Source of the DNA: Pseudomonadales bacterium
GTDB taxonomy: Bacteria; Pseudomonadota; Gammaproteobacteria; Pseudomonadales; UBA7239
NCBI GenBank assembly: GCA_041395665.1
Contig: JAWLAB010000003.1
Span: 98,961-162,960 of the forward strand
DNA length: 64,000 bases
Reading direction: 5' to 3'
Position numbers and translations under genes: made by a program. The notes below the pieces were generated by a model. It searched no databases. It was given only the letters and a program-made list of their open reading frames with translations, and was not told where the DNA came from. Shown here piece by piece: positions 22,626 to 32,510 of the stretch; position 1 is the stretch's first letter; each line of letters starts with the position of its first letter.

Positions 22626-23722
22626 GCGTACTCCGAAGTAAGTTTTTTCTCGATGATGCCGCCGCCCAAGCAAATATCACCGTCGTAAAAAACAATGGAC
22701 TGTCCTGGCGTGATCGCACGTTGTGCTTCTGTAAAATCAACACGCGCATTGCCGTTAGTTAGCTGTGTGAAGCTACAGGCTTGATCTTGCTGACGATAGC
22801 GAATTTTGCAATGTAGTGAGGTGGATGGTGAAGGCGCTGCGCCGCCAATCCAATGCAGTTGTGAACATTCCAACGCAGGTGCATACAGGGCAGGGTGTTC
22901 ACCTTGCGCAACAATTAGCGTATTGGTTGCAAGATTTTTATCCACCACATACCAAGGTTCTTCTGGTGTGTCTTTCACGCCGCCTATGCCTAAACCTTGG
23001 CGTTGACCGATGGTGTAATACATCAAGCCCGTGTGTTTGCCGATTATTTTGTTATCGACCGTTTGAATATCACCCGGTTGCGCGGGCAGATATTGTTCAA
23101 GAAAGTCTTTGAAGCGCCGCTCACCGATAAAACAAATGCCGGTGGAATCTTTTTTCTTGGCGGTAGCAAGGCCATGTTGTTCGGCGAGTTGTCGCACAGC
23201 AGTTTTTTCAAGATTACCAATCGGAAATAAAGTTTTTGCTAATGCGGCTTCTGTGATGGCGTGCAGAAAATAGCTTTGATCTTTGGCAGGATCGAAGCCT
23301 TTGAGTAATTGTGTGCGCTGGTTTTCCGTTTTAGTGCGGCAGTAGTGCCCAGTGGCAATTTTATCTGCGCCTAACAGTTGCGCGTAATCCAAAAACACTT
23401 TGAATTTGATTTCGCGATTGCAGAGGATGTCTGGATTGGGTGTGCGTCCTGCGCGATATTCTTCGAGAAAATGTTCAAACACATTGTCCCAGTATTCGTT
23501 GGCAAAATTGGCGGTATGTAGATGAATGCCTAACTTATCGGCAACGGCTTGTGCATCGGCGAGGTCCGCTTTGGCGGTGCAGTATTCGCTGCCGTCGTCC
23601 TCATCCCAGTTCTTCATGAACAAGCCTTCCACAGCGTAGCCCTGCTGTTGCAGTAGGAGTGCCGTGACGGAGGAATCAACACCGCCGGACATACCGACGA
23701 TGACTTTGGTGGATGTATTCAT
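22622..23722 (-). CDS. mnmA: tRNA 2-thiouridine(34) synthase MnmA
   Basis: PP-loop motif [13 protein letters not shown], 366 aa, catalytic Cys contexts present. Confidence 0.95.
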   Translation of the reverse strand: MNTSTKVIVGMSGGVDSSVTALLLQQQGYAVEGLFMKNWDEDDGSEYCTAKADLADAQAVADKLGIHLHTANFANEYWDNVFEHFLEEYRAGRTPNPDILCNREIKFKVFLDYAQLLGADKIATGHYCRTKTENQRTQLLKGFDPAKDQSYFLHAITEAALAKTLFPIGNLEKTAVRQLAEQHGLATAKKKDSTGICFIGERRFKDFLEQYLPAQPGDIQTVDNKIIGKHTGLMYYTIGQRQGLGIGGVKDTPEEPWYVVDKNLATNTLIVAQGEHPALYAPALECSQLHWIGGAAPSPSTSLHCKIRYRQQDQACSFTQLTNGNARVDFTEAQRAITPGQSIVFYDGDICLGGGIIEKKLTSEYA

Positions 23723-23763
23723 CCCGCTATTCTAAAGGAGAGCGCTACACCCGCCAAAAGTGC

Positions 23764-24219
23764 CTAGCTGTGATGGTAGAGCGCGGAAAGTGGCAGGCGG
23801 ATGCCGCTGCGGTAGTCGTCGATCACTTGTTTCACTAGCGGGCTGCGCAATTCGGCGTTGGCTTCTTTCGCTAGCAGGGTTTCGTAATCCATCCACACCG
23901 CATTTTCTATGCCTTCATCCAACGCGGTCGCGAGAAATTCAGTGGTTTGGCCGGTAAAGGCGACGCGCACATAGGTAATGCCATTAGATGAGGCGGTGTA
24001 GGTGTACAGGCCTAGCCAGCTATCAATAGTCACTGCCCAAGCCGTTTCCTCGCGTGTTTCGCGTATGGCGGCATCGAGTAGCGTTTCGCCTTCGTCCCAG
24101 TGCCCCGCAGGCTGGTTGTAGACCATGCGTTGCAGAAATTTGTCCCACTCATGCACGAGCAGATACTTGCCATCTTGCTCAATAACGGTGGCGACAGTGA
24201 CATGCGGTGCCCATTCCAT
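23764..24219 (-). CDS. nudJ: NUDIX hydrolase
   Basis: Nudix box GHWDEGETLLDAAIRETREETAW. Its position upstream of mnmA matches E. coli nudJ-mnmA-hflD. Confidence 0.7.
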   Translation of the reverse strand: MEWAPHVTVATVIEQDGKYLLVHEWDKFLQRMVYNQPAGHWDEGETLLDAAIRETREETAWAVTIDSWLGLYTYTASSNGITYVRVAFTGQTTEFLATALDEGIENAVWMDYETLLAKEANAELRSPLVKQVIDDYRSGIRLPLSALYHHS

Positions 24220-24309
24220 CTGTGATCTCTACTTCTGTGTAAGGTGTGGGTTGATTTTAGATGATGTCGCTATAATCGCTGCGCGTGGTGAATTAGGAAA
24301 GATACAGCG

Positions 24310-24990
24310 GTGAGTAATGTTTCAGAAATGGCGTTGCCGATGAGTTTTGATGATTGGTGGCGCGTGCGTGGTGAATCGGTTGAGCCTGCCAATGTGCGGC
24401 GCGATGGTGAGAGTGGCGTTGAGCGCATTACTACGCCGTCGTTGGGTATGTTGTATATCAAACGCCAGCGTAATCATTTGTTTCGTAGCTTGCGCTATCC
24501 ATTTGGTTTACCAACGGTGATGCGGGAAAAATTTGCGACAGACGCTCTGCAGAAGCTTGGCATCAAAACACCTGAAATTGTGTTTGCTGAAGCGCGTAAA
24601 GTGGATGGCGATTGGCAGGCTATTTTAGTGACCAAAGCGCTGGATGGTTATGTCGATTTAGAGGCTTGGTATCGTGTGGGTGGCAAAGAGCGCATCGGCG
24701 AGACGCAACATCAAAAGCTCTTGCAGAAATTGGGTCGTGTGCTGGGTGTGATGCACGGTAAACAGTGGCAGCACACTTGTTTATATCCAAAACACATTTT
24801 TTTGACAGCCGGTAGTGTAGAAAGCACACCTGAAGTAGCGTTATTGGATTTGGAAAAAGCGCGCCGCAAGTGCATCAAGGGTCATGCGGCGCGGCGTGAT
24901 CTTGATCAGCTGTATCGTCACAGTCGCAAACTGTGGAGTGAGCAGGAATGGCAAGTTTTGTTGAGTGGTCACAATAGCGCAAATATGTGA
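24310..24990 (+). CDS. lipopolysaccharide kinase InaA/Kdo-kinase family protein
   Basis: 226 aa. LYIKRQ, AILVTKALDGYVDLE, HTCLYPKHIFL and LLDLEKAR blocks are typical of the InaA family. The start is uncertain (GTG 24310 or ATG 24328). Confidence 0.65.
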   Translation: MSNVSEMALPMSFDDWWRVRGESVEPANVRRDGESGVERITTPSLGMLYIKRQRNHLFRSLRYPFGLPTVMREKFATDALQKLGIKTPEIVFAEARKVDGDWQAILVTKALDGYVDLEAWYRVGGKERIGETQHQKLLQKLGRVLGVMHGKQWQHTCLYPKHIFLTAGSVESTPEVALLDLEKARRKCIKGHAARRDLDQLYRHSRKLWSEQEWQVLLSGHNSANM

Positions 24991-25010
24991 AAAAAATATT
25001 GAGGTGATGT

Positions 25011-25682
25011 GTGCGCATTTTATTGGTTGAAGATAATCGCGATATTCTGGCCAACTTGGCTGATTATTTGGAGTTAAAAGGTTACACCGTCGATTGTGCG
25101 CAAGATGGCATGACGGGCTTGCATCTAGCCGCTACAGAACCATTTGATCTCGCTGTTTTTGATGTGATGATGCCAGGTATGGATGGCTTTACGCTGTGCA
25201 AACGCTTGCGTGAAGCGCGCAACAATTTGCCTGTGATTATGTTGACAGCGCGCGACACACTGGATGATCGTTTAGAAGGTTTTTCTGCGGGAGCCGACGA
25301 CTATTTGGTGAAGCCTTTTGAGTTGTCGGAACTGGCGGCGCGCATAGAAGCGGTGTTGCGCCGCACGCACGGTGCGAGTCGGTTGCTCGCTGTAGAGGAT
25401 CTCTCGTTTGATTTGGATTCGCTGGAAGTGACGCGTGCGGGCAAGCACATAAAAATGCACCCGATCGGTTTGAAATTGTTGGAAGTGTTGATGCAACGCA
25501 GTCCATCCGTTGTGCGCCGCGAACAATTGGAAGCGGCTGTTTGGGGTGATGATTGCCCCGATAGCGATAGCTTGCGCAGCCATATCCATCAGTTGCGCCA
25601 ATTGATTGATAAGCCGTTTGAGACTCCGTTATTGCACACCGTACACGGCATCGGCTTTCGCTTGTCTGCACAGAAAGACTAA
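25011..25682 (+). CDS. OmpR-family response regulator
   Basis: GTG start. Receiver domain (RILLVEDN...DLAVFDVMMPGMDG...LTAR...KPF) plus a winged-helix C-terminus (TVHGIGFRL). Confidence 0.9.
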   Translation: MRILLVEDNRDILANLADYLELKGYTVDCAQDGMTGLHLAATEPFDLAVFDVMMPGMDGFTLCKRLREARNNLPVIMLTARDTLDDRLEGFSAGADDYLVKPFELSELAARIEAVLRRTHGASRLLAVEDLSFDLDSLEVTRAGKHIKMHPIGLKLLEVLMQRSPSVVRREQLEAAVWGDDCPDSDSLRSHIHQLRQLIDKPFETPLLHTVHGIGFRLSAQKD

Positions 25683-25711
25683 GTTTCAAAACAATAAAAA
25701 GAGTTTTCGTT

Positions 25712-27010
25712 GTGCAGGGATTGAAAAAAAATCAAAAGTTATCGCGCCGCATTATGCTGGCTTTTGTATTGATGGCGGCAGTTATCAGTGCCTTATTTTC
25801 TGTCGGTATTGTCGTTGTCGTTCAGGTGGTTGAAAAACAATTACTGAGCAACACGCTGCACGATGATTTGACTTTGGCGATGGCGCGCTACAGCGAAGGG
25901 CGTGAATTAGGTTTGTTGCCAGGCTCTAACTTCTACCATGAAAAAATCAATCAAGCAGAAGATTACAGTACGCCGCCAGAGTGGTTGAAAGGATTGAGAT
26001 CTGGGTTCCATGAAGTGTTTCGTGAAGGGCAGGCTTATCACGCCTTGGTGTATGAGCAGGGCGATGAAAAGTTTTTATTTTTGCGCGACCAAACTAATTT
26101 GGAAAGGCGAGAGCATGCTTTGTATCTCATTATTCTTGCCGGCTTTTTATTGAGTGTTGTTGCTGCATGGGTGTTGGGTTATTTTTTGGCGCGGCGCATC
26201 ATGTCGCCGGTTATTTTATTGGCAACACAAGTACGCGGCCGTGAGAAAAAAGCGCCAGAAGAGCTGCCACTAGCTAATGATTTTGCCAATGATGAGGTAG
26301 GGCAGTTGGCAGCGGCGTTTGATGATGTATTAGAGAAAGTTCATCACGCTCTGCAACGCGAACGGTTTTTCACCAGCGATGTCAGTCACGAGTTGCGTAC
26401 GCCATTGACGGTTATCACAACAGCATCTGAATTGCTGCAAGCATCGCCACAGCTCGGTGAGAAGCAAAAAAATCAGCTGGCGCGCATTCAGCGAGCGGCA
26501 CAGGAAATGCGCGATTTGGTGCATACCTTTCTGCAGTTGGCGCGCAACCAATTGGAAGTGGACACCTCGGTCAGCCGTGTCACTTTGGGGGCGATGGCGC
26601 AGGAGCAGCAAGAGCAGTGGCAATCATTGGCGGATAACAAACAGTTGGCGCTATCGTTGATCATTGAATCTGCTCTTCCTGCTTCGCTAGAGGAGCAGCG
26701 TTTCAATACGGCGTTACTGCGAGCCGTGATGTCTAATCTGATACGCAATGCCGTGCATTACACCGATAGCGGCTTTGTGCGGATCGTTCTCACGCGAGAA
26801 GGTTTCCGAGTGGAGGATTCGGGCAAGACAATTGATGAAGGCAGCAAAGAAGCCATTTTTCAGCCCTTTGTGCGTGGCGCAGCGGCGCGCGGTGAAGGCT
26901 TGGGCTTGGGTTTGTCCTTGGTGCGGCGCATCTGCGAGCATCAGGGCTGGGATATCCGTTTGTATCCCTTGTTGGATGGCGGTAACTGCTTTGAAGTCCG
27001 CCTCTGCTGA
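25712..27010 (+). CDS. sensor histidine kinase (partner of the adjacent response regulator)
   Basis: Two TM helices flank a periplasmic loop of about 120 aa. H-box FTSDVSHELRTPL, plus N and G boxes (LIRNAVHYT, GLGLGLSLV). Confidence 0.85.
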   Translation: MQGLKKNQKLSRRIMLAFVLMAAVISALFSVGIVVVVQVVEKQLLSNTLHDDLTLAMARYSEGRELGLLPGSNFYHEKINQAEDYSTPPEWLKGLRSGFHEVFREGQAYHALVYEQGDEKFLFLRDQTNLERREHALYLIILAGFLLSVVAAWVLGYFLARRIMSPVILLATQVRGREKKAPEELPLANDFANDEVGQLAAAFDDVLEKVHHALQRERFFTSDVSHELRTPLTVITTASELLQASPQLGEKQKNQLARIQRAAQEMRDLVHTFLQLARNQLEVDTSVSRVTLGAMAQEQQEQWQSLADNKQLALSLIIESALPASLEEQRFNTALLRAVMSNLIRNAVHYTDSGFVRIVLTREGFRVEDSGKTIDEGSKEAIFQPFVRGAAARGEGLGLGLSLVRRICEHQGWDIRLYPLLDGGNCFEVRLC

Positions 27011-27039
27011 TCGTTTTTTGTACAAAAGTGTTTTTTAGC

Positions 27040-27068
27040 TTGACCAGCCTAGTCTTCCTTCTTATATA
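27040..27068 (+). promoter_or_regulatory. candidate sigma70 promoter for topA
   Basis: TTGACC (27040-27045), a 17-nt spacer, then TATATA (27063-27068), about 55 nt upstream of the topA ATG. Confidence 0.4.
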
Positions 27069-27121
27069 GTCGCACCCTCAATGGGTATCTCAGTCGCAGC
27101 GCGACACCAGCGTAGGCTTAT

Positions 27122-29821
27122 ATGGGCAAATCTCTCGTTATTGTGGAATCTCCGGCGAAGGCCAAGACCATCAACAAATATCTAGGCAACGACTTTGTGG
27201 TGAAGTCATCCATCGGTCATATCCGTGATTTACCGACAGGCGGCGGCAAAGAAGTTGATGCTAAGGCGCGCGCCGAGCAAGCGGCAAAAACACGCAAGAT
27301 GTCGGCTGAAGAAAAAGCGGCGCATCGTGAACAAAAAGCACAAGCGCAGTTGGTCACGCGTATGGGTGTAGACCCTGAAAACGGTTGGAAAGCGCAGTAC
27401 GAAATTCTGCCCGGCAAAGAAAAAGTGGTGGATGAATTGCGCAAGCTGGCAAAGCAAGCCGACACCATCTATCTCGCAACGGACTTGGATCGCGAAGGAG
27501 AGGCGATTGCTTGGCACTTGAGTGAAGCGATCGGTGGCGATAAAGACAAATACCGCCGTGTGGTGTTTAACGAAATCACCAAAAAAGCGATTCAAGAAGC
27601 GTTTGCACAACCCGGTCAATTGGATATCAATCGCGTCAACGCACAACAAGCGCGTCGTTTTTTAGATCGCGTGGTTGGCTTTATGGTGTCGCCGCTGTTG
27701 TGGGCGAAAGTGGCACGCGGCTTGTCAGCAGGGCGTGTGCAATCGGTGGCAGTGCGTTTGGTGGTGGAACGCGAGCGTGAAATTCGTGCGTTTGTGCCAG
27801 AGGAGTTTTGGCAAATTCACGCGGATTTGAATACGCCAGCGGGCAGCACCGTTGTTTTTGAAGTGATGAAGCAGGGCGATGCCAATTTTCGTCCAGTCAG
27901 CGAGCAGCAAGCGCAAGCGGCTGTGGCTGCGCTGCAAAAATCCAATTACCAAGTGGCTGCGCGTGAAGATAAGCCCACACAGTCCAAACCCTCTGCGCCG
28001 TTTATTACTTCTACGCTGCAACAAGCCGCTAGTTCGCGCTTAGGTTTTAGCGTGAAAAAAACCATGATGTTGGCGCAGCGCTTGTATGAAGCGGGCTACA
28101 TCACTTATATGCGTACCGATTCGACCAATTTGTCGATGGATGCTGTGCACGCTTGTCGCGATTTTATCGGCAAGCAATACGGTGAAAAATATTTGCCGAG
28201 CAAACCAAATTTTTACGCCAGTAAATCGGGCGCGCAAGAAGCGCACGAAGCGATTCGTCCGTCTGATGTGCGTTTGCAGCCGAATAATTTATCCGGTGTG
28301 GAGCGCGATGCGGAAAGACTTTATACACTGATTTGGCAGCAATTTGTGGCGTGTCAGATGATGCCTGCGCAATACACCAGCACGCGTGTTGATGTAAAAG
28401 CGGGTGAGTTTGAATTGCGTGCGCGCGGCCGTGTGATGTTGTTTGATGGCTACACCAAAGTGTTGCCGCAGATGAATAAAAAAGACGGTGAGGAAGACAA
28501 CATCCTGCCAGATATGAAAGTGGGCGACAGTTTGACGTTGAAAAAACTGGATCCTACGCAGCATTTCACCAGCCCGCCTGCGCGATTCACCGAAGCGAGT
28601 TTGGTGAAAGAGTTGGAAAAACGCGGTATTGGTCGCCCATCCACTTATGCTGCCATTATTTCGACGATTCAAGATCGCGGCTATGTAAAACTGGAAAAAC
28701 GTCGTCTGTTCGCTGAAAAAATGGGCGACATCGTGACAGAACGGTTAACCGAATCTTTCAGTGATTTGATGGATTACAGCTTTACTGCGAACTTGGAAGA
28801 GTCGCTGGACGATGTGGCGGAAGGGCATAAAGGTTGGACCGCTGTGCTCGATAATTTCTATGGCGATTTTCGTCAAAAATTGGCGCGCGCACACGGTGAT
28901 AAGGACGGTATGCGCGCCAACGATCCCACAGAAACCGATATTAAATGTCCAACTTGTAGTCGCAATATGCAGATCCGTACCGGCAGCACAGGCGTATTTC
29001 TCGGCTGCTCAGGCTACGCATTGCCACCAAAAGAGCGTTGTAAATCGACGATTAATTTGGTGACGGGTGATGAAATTGCCGAAGACGATGATGCCGAAGT
29101 GCAACAGTTGCGTCACAAACATCGCTGCAAAAAATGTAATGCGGCGATGGATGCCTATTTGCTGGATGAAAAACGAAAATTGCATATTTGTGGCAATAAT
29201 CCTGATTGTGATGGCTACGAGATTGAAGCGGGTCAATTCAAATTAAAAGGCTATGACGGCCCGCTGTTGGAGTGCGACAAGTGCGGCTCCGATATGCAGT
29301 TGAAAACAGGTCGCTTCGGCAAATATTTTGGCTGTACCAATAGCGCCTGTAAAAATACGCGTAAATTACTGCGCAACGGCGAAGCCGCTCCACCAAAAAT
29401 GGATGTGGTGAAAATGGAAGAGTTGCGCTGCTTAAAAGTGGATGATTTTTATTTGCTGCGCGATGGTGCGTCTGGTCTGTTCTTGGCAGCGAGCCAGTTT
29501 CCTAAGTACCGCGAGACGCGCGCGCCTTTGGTCTCGGAATTGATTCCACATCGCGATGAAATTGACCCGAAATACGAATTTTTATTTTCTGCGCCGCAGA
29601 AAGATCCAGAGGGCAATCCTGCCATTGTGCGCTTTAGCCGCAAAAGCAAAGAGCAGTATGTGCAGAGCGAAATTGATGGCAAGCCGACAGGGTGGCGCGC
29701 GGTTTATGTCAACGGTCGCTGGGTGGAAAGTCGCGGAGCGGGCGATGATGACAGTGCTCCACGCAGAAAAACATCAACCCAAAAAACAGCTGCAAAAAAA
29801 ACGGTAGCGCGCAAAAAATAA
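27122..29821 (+). CDS. topA: DNA topoisomerase I
   Basis: 899 aa. Toprim N-terminus ([13 protein letters not shown]), catalytic domain, several C-terminal CxxC zinc ribbons and a basic tail. Confidence 0.97.
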   Translation: MGKSLVIVESPAKAKTINKYLGNDFVVKSSIGHIRDLPTGGGKEVDAKARAEQAAKTRKMSAEEKAAHREQKAQAQLVTRMGVDPENGWKAQYEILPGKEKVVDELRKLAKQADTIYLATDLDREGEAIAWHLSEAIGGDKDKYRRVVFNEITKKAIQEAFAQPGQLDINRVNAQQARRFLDRVVGFMVSPLLWAKVARGLSAGRVQSVAVRLVVEREREIRAFVPEEFWQIHADLNTPAGSTVVFEVMKQGDANFRPVSEQQAQAAVAALQKSNYQVAAREDKPTQSKPSAPFITSTLQQAASSRLGFSVKKTMMLAQRLYEAGYITYMRTDSTNLSMDAVHACRDFIGKQYGEKYLPSKPNFYASKSGAQEAHEAIRPSDVRLQPNNLSGVERDAERLYTLIWQQFVACQMMPAQYTSTRVDVKAGEFELRARGRVMLFDGYTKVLPQMNKKDGEEDNILPDMKVGDSLTLKKLDPTQHFTSPPARFTEASLVKELEKRGIGRPSTYAAIISTIQDRGYVKLEKRRLFAEKMGDIVTERLTESFSDLMDYSFTANLEESLDDVAEGHKGWTAVLDNFYGDFRQKLARAHGDKDGMRANDPTETDIKCPTCSRNMQIRTGSTGVFLGCSGYALPPKERCKSTINLVTGDEIAEDDDAEVQQLRHKHRCKKCNAAMDAYLLDEKRKLHICGNNPDCDGYEIEAGQFKLKGYDGPLLECDKCGSDMQLKTGRFGKYFGCTNSACKNTRKLLRNGEAAPPKMDVVKMEELRCLKVDDFYLLRDGASGLFLAASQFPKYRETRAPLVSELIPHRDEIDPKYEFLFSAPQKDPEGNPAIVRFSRKSKEQYVQSEIDGKPTGWRAVYVNGRWVESRGAGDDDSAPRRKTSTQKTAAKKTVARKK

Positions 29822-29838
29822 TCACCCCGCGAGGCCTT

Positions 29839-30786
29839 ATGCAAACCTTGCCAGTATTTTTGAATATCCAAGGCAAACGCTGTTTGTTGGTAGGTAGTGG
29901 TGAAGTCGCTGCGCGCAAACGACGCTTGTTGGAAAAAGCACAGGCACATATTGTTGCGATTACTGAATCGCAATTTTTGGAAGCGTGTTTAGATGGTGTG
30001 ATGCTGGTAGTCGCCGCTAGTGCAGACGAGGCTTTGAATCAGCGCGTTTTTGAAGCCGCCCAAGCGCGGCAAATTCCCGTCAATGTGGTTGATACGCCAG
30101 CATTGTGTACTTTTATTTTTCCTTCGATTGTCGAACGCGGTGTCATTACCGTTGCGGTGACGAGCAATGGCCATGCGCCCGTGTTGGCGCGGCTGTTGCG
30201 TGCGCGAATCGAAGCGTTGCTGCCAGCCTCTTTAGGTGATTTAGCTTTGCAAGTGAGCACCTTGCGTAAACAAGTGTTTACAAAAATTACCGATGCTAAA
30301 CAGCGCATGCGTTTTTGGAATCACAGTTTACAGCGCTATTTAGTGGATGCCGGTGGCGATGATTGCGCGCAACTCTCAGAAAGTATCGCGGAGCAGCTGC
30401 ACTATTTTGAACAACATCAGTACGCGCAAGGTCGTGTGGCGGTGGTGGGTAGTGGCACAGGTGATCCTGATTTATTGACCTTCAAAGCGCTGCGCTATTT
30501 GCAATCTTGCGATTGCGTAGTGTCTGCCGCAGGTGTCAATGCGGTAATCAGCCAGTTGGCGCGTCGTGATGCATACCAGATCAATTTGCAAACGAGTGAC
30601 GATGTTTTTACTGTGTTGCGTGATGGTGTGCAGCGAGGTGAATCTATCGTTTATTTGGTGCCTGGTGATCCTTTGTCATTGCGCGAAATGTCAGGCTTGT
30701 TGATGCGCTTACAGGCAGTCAATATAGCTTTTGAAGTTGTACCTGGTGTAATTGATCAAAATGGGGCACAGTTCGATGCAACATGA
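29839..30786 (+). CDS. cysG: siroheme-synthase-like protein: precorrin-2 dehydrogenase/ferrochelatase module plus a truncated, degenerate methyltransferase module
   Basis: The N-terminus aligns with E. coli CysG (LPVFLNIQGKRCLLVGSGEVAARK...VNVVD...PSIVERG...VAVTSNGHAPVLARLLR). The SUMT part starts at VAVVGSGTGDPDLLT and stops just after VVPGV, about 150 aa short. Confidence 0.7.
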   Translation: MQTLPVFLNIQGKRCLLVGSGEVAARKRRLLEKAQAHIVAITESQFLEACLDGVMLVVAASADEALNQRVFEAAQARQIPVNVVDTPALCTFIFPSIVERGVITVAVTSNGHAPVLARLLRARIEALLPASLGDLALQVSTLRKQVFTKITDAKQRMRFWNHSLQRYLVDAGGDDCAQLSESIAEQLHYFEQHQYAQGRVAVVGSGTGDPDLLTFKALRYLQSCDCVVSAAGVNAVISQLARRDAYQINLQTSDDVFTVLRDGVQRGESIVYLVPGDPLSLREMSGLLMRLQAVNIAFEVVPGVIDQNGAQFDAT

Positions 30787-32146
30787 TTACGATTTGTTAG
30801 TGATTGGTGGTGGTTCTGGCGGTGTGCGCGCAGCGAGAATGTCGGCGGCCACAGGAAAACGCGTTGCGTTGGTCGAAAAGCAATACCTCGGCGGCACTTG
30901 CGTCAATGTCGGTTGTATCCCTAAAAAATTATTTCACTACGCCGCGCAATTGCCTACACAAACGCATGAAGCCATTGGTTTTGGTTGGTCAGAAGTAAAA
31001 CCATCGCATGATTGGTCTGTTCTCACGCGCAATGTCGCCGCTGAAGTGCAAAGACTCAACGGTATCTACAAAAATATGCTGCAGAACGCAGGCGTGGAAT
31101 TGTTTGAAGGCGTGGCGCAATTGTTCGACGCGCATCATGTGACTGTCGGTGATAAGAAAATATCAGCAGAAAGAATTTTATTGGCAACGGGCGGTTATCC
31201 GTGGAAGCCAGATATTGCGGGTATCGAACACGCGATTACTTCCGATGACTTTTTTTCGCTGCCCCATCGTCCTGAGCGTACCATTGTTGTCGGTGGCGGT
31301 TATATCGCGGTGGAGTTAGCGGGTATTTTGCATGCGATGGGCAGTCAAACGACTTTGTTGCATCGCGGCGACAAAGTATTAAAAAACTTTGATGCGGATA
31401 TCAGCCATTTCTTGCAGCAAGAAATGGAAAAGCAAGGTATGGCGTTTCAATGGAATGACAACATCGTATCCATTGAAAAAATAGCAGATGAATTACAAGT
31501 GCATTGCAGCAGCGGCTCTGTACTCAAAACGGATTGCGTGTTGTTTGCCACCGGTAGAAAGCCGGCAACTGCACAGCTCGGTTTAGAGGCGGTCGCTATT
31601 CAGTGTTCACGATCAGGGCATGTTGTTGTGGATGAACACTTTGCTACTAGTGTGCCTTCTATTTTTGCCGTGGGTGATTTGGTTGGGCACAAAGAGTTAA
31701 CGCCGGTCGCCACAGCGGAAGCGATGTGGCTGGTGGATTACTGGTTTGGCAGCCGAATGCGAGAGCGCATTGATTATTCTCTGGTGCCGAGTGCAGTATT
31801 TTCATCACCAGAAGTCGCTTCTGTGGGGATAACGCAGCAGGAAGCAGAATCGCGTTACGGCGTGCATGATGTCGAAATTTTCCGCACCGATTTTCGTCCG
31901 TTAAAACATACCGTCAGCGGCAGCAGCGAGCGCATGATGATGAAGTTGATTGTGCAGCGTTCAACGGGTCGTGTGTTGGGCGTGCACATGGTGGGCGCAG
32001 AAGCAGGCGAGGTGATGCAAGGGTTTGCAGTGGCTTTACAAGTAGGAGCTACAAAAAAGCAATTCGATGCGACGATTGGTATTCATCCAACCGCAGCAGA
32101 AGAGTTTGTGACTTTGCGAACGCCTCTGCCGCGTGCATCCCATTAA
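30776..32146 (+). CDS. gor: glutathione-disulfide reductase
   Basis: MQHDYDLLVIGGGSGGVRAA...GGTCVNVGCIPKK redox-active disulfide, then a C-terminal dimerisation domain with HPTAAEE. Confidence 0.88.
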   Translation: MQHDYDLLVIGGGSGGVRAARMSAATGKRVALVEKQYLGGTCVNVGCIPKKLFHYAAQLPTQTHEAIGFGWSEVKPSHDWSVLTRNVAAEVQRLNGIYKNMLQNAGVELFEGVAQLFDAHHVTVGDKKISAERILLATGGYPWKPDIAGIEHAITSDDFFSLPHRPERTIVVGGGYIAVELAGILHAMGSQTTLLHRGDKVLKNFDADISHFLQQEMEKQGMAFQWNDNIVSIEKIADELQVHCSSGSVLKTDCVLFATGRKPATAQLGLEAVAIQCSRSGHVVVDEHFATSVPSIFAVGDLVGHKELTPVATAEAMWLVDYWFGSRMRERIDYSLVPSAVFSSPEVASVGITQQEAESRYGVHDVEIFRTDFRPLKHTVSGSSERMMMKLIVQRSTGRVLGVHMVGAEAGEVMQGFAVALQVGATKKQFDATIGIHPTAAEEFVTLRTPLPRASH

Positions 32147-32153
32147 AAAATGA

Positions 32154-32480
32154 TTAAAAAGGCATTTTGAAACCTGGTGGCATTTGCAGGCCACCAGTCA
32201 CTTTCTGCATCTGCTCTTGTGAGTTGTGCTCAATTTTTCGCACAGCATCATTGATCGCTGCGGCGATTAAATCTTCTAAAATTTCTTTGTCTTCAGTCAT
32301 TAAGCTGCTGTCGATATTGACGCTGCGCACATCGTGGCGACCGTTCATGGTGACTTTGATCAAGCCTGCGCCTGATTCGCCGATCACTTCCATTTTGGCG
32401 ACATCTTCCTGCATGCGTTGCATTTTTTCTTGCATCGCCTGTGCTTGTTTCATCAGTTCATTCATGTTGCCCAGTTTCAT
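32154..32480 (-). CDS. ybaB: nucleoid-associated protein YbaB/EbfC
   Basis: 108 aa: [17 protein letters not shown]...TMNGRHDV. Conserved position downstream of dnaX. Confidence 0.9.
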   Translation of the reverse strand: MKLGNMNELMKQAQAMQEKMQRMQEDVAKMEVIGESGAGLIKVTMNGRHDVRSVNIDSSLMTEDKEILEDLIAAAINDAVRKIEHNSQEQMQKVTGGLQMPPGFKMPF

Positions 32481-32510
32481 GGGGATACTCCAAATTAAGA
32501 GAGATAAATA

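Noticed and set aside
27015-27027. TTTTGTACAAAA palindrome just after the histidine kinase stop, as a possible terminator.
   Set aside because: The stem is all A/T with essentially no loop, so it would be a very weak hairpin. I could not support a terminator call.
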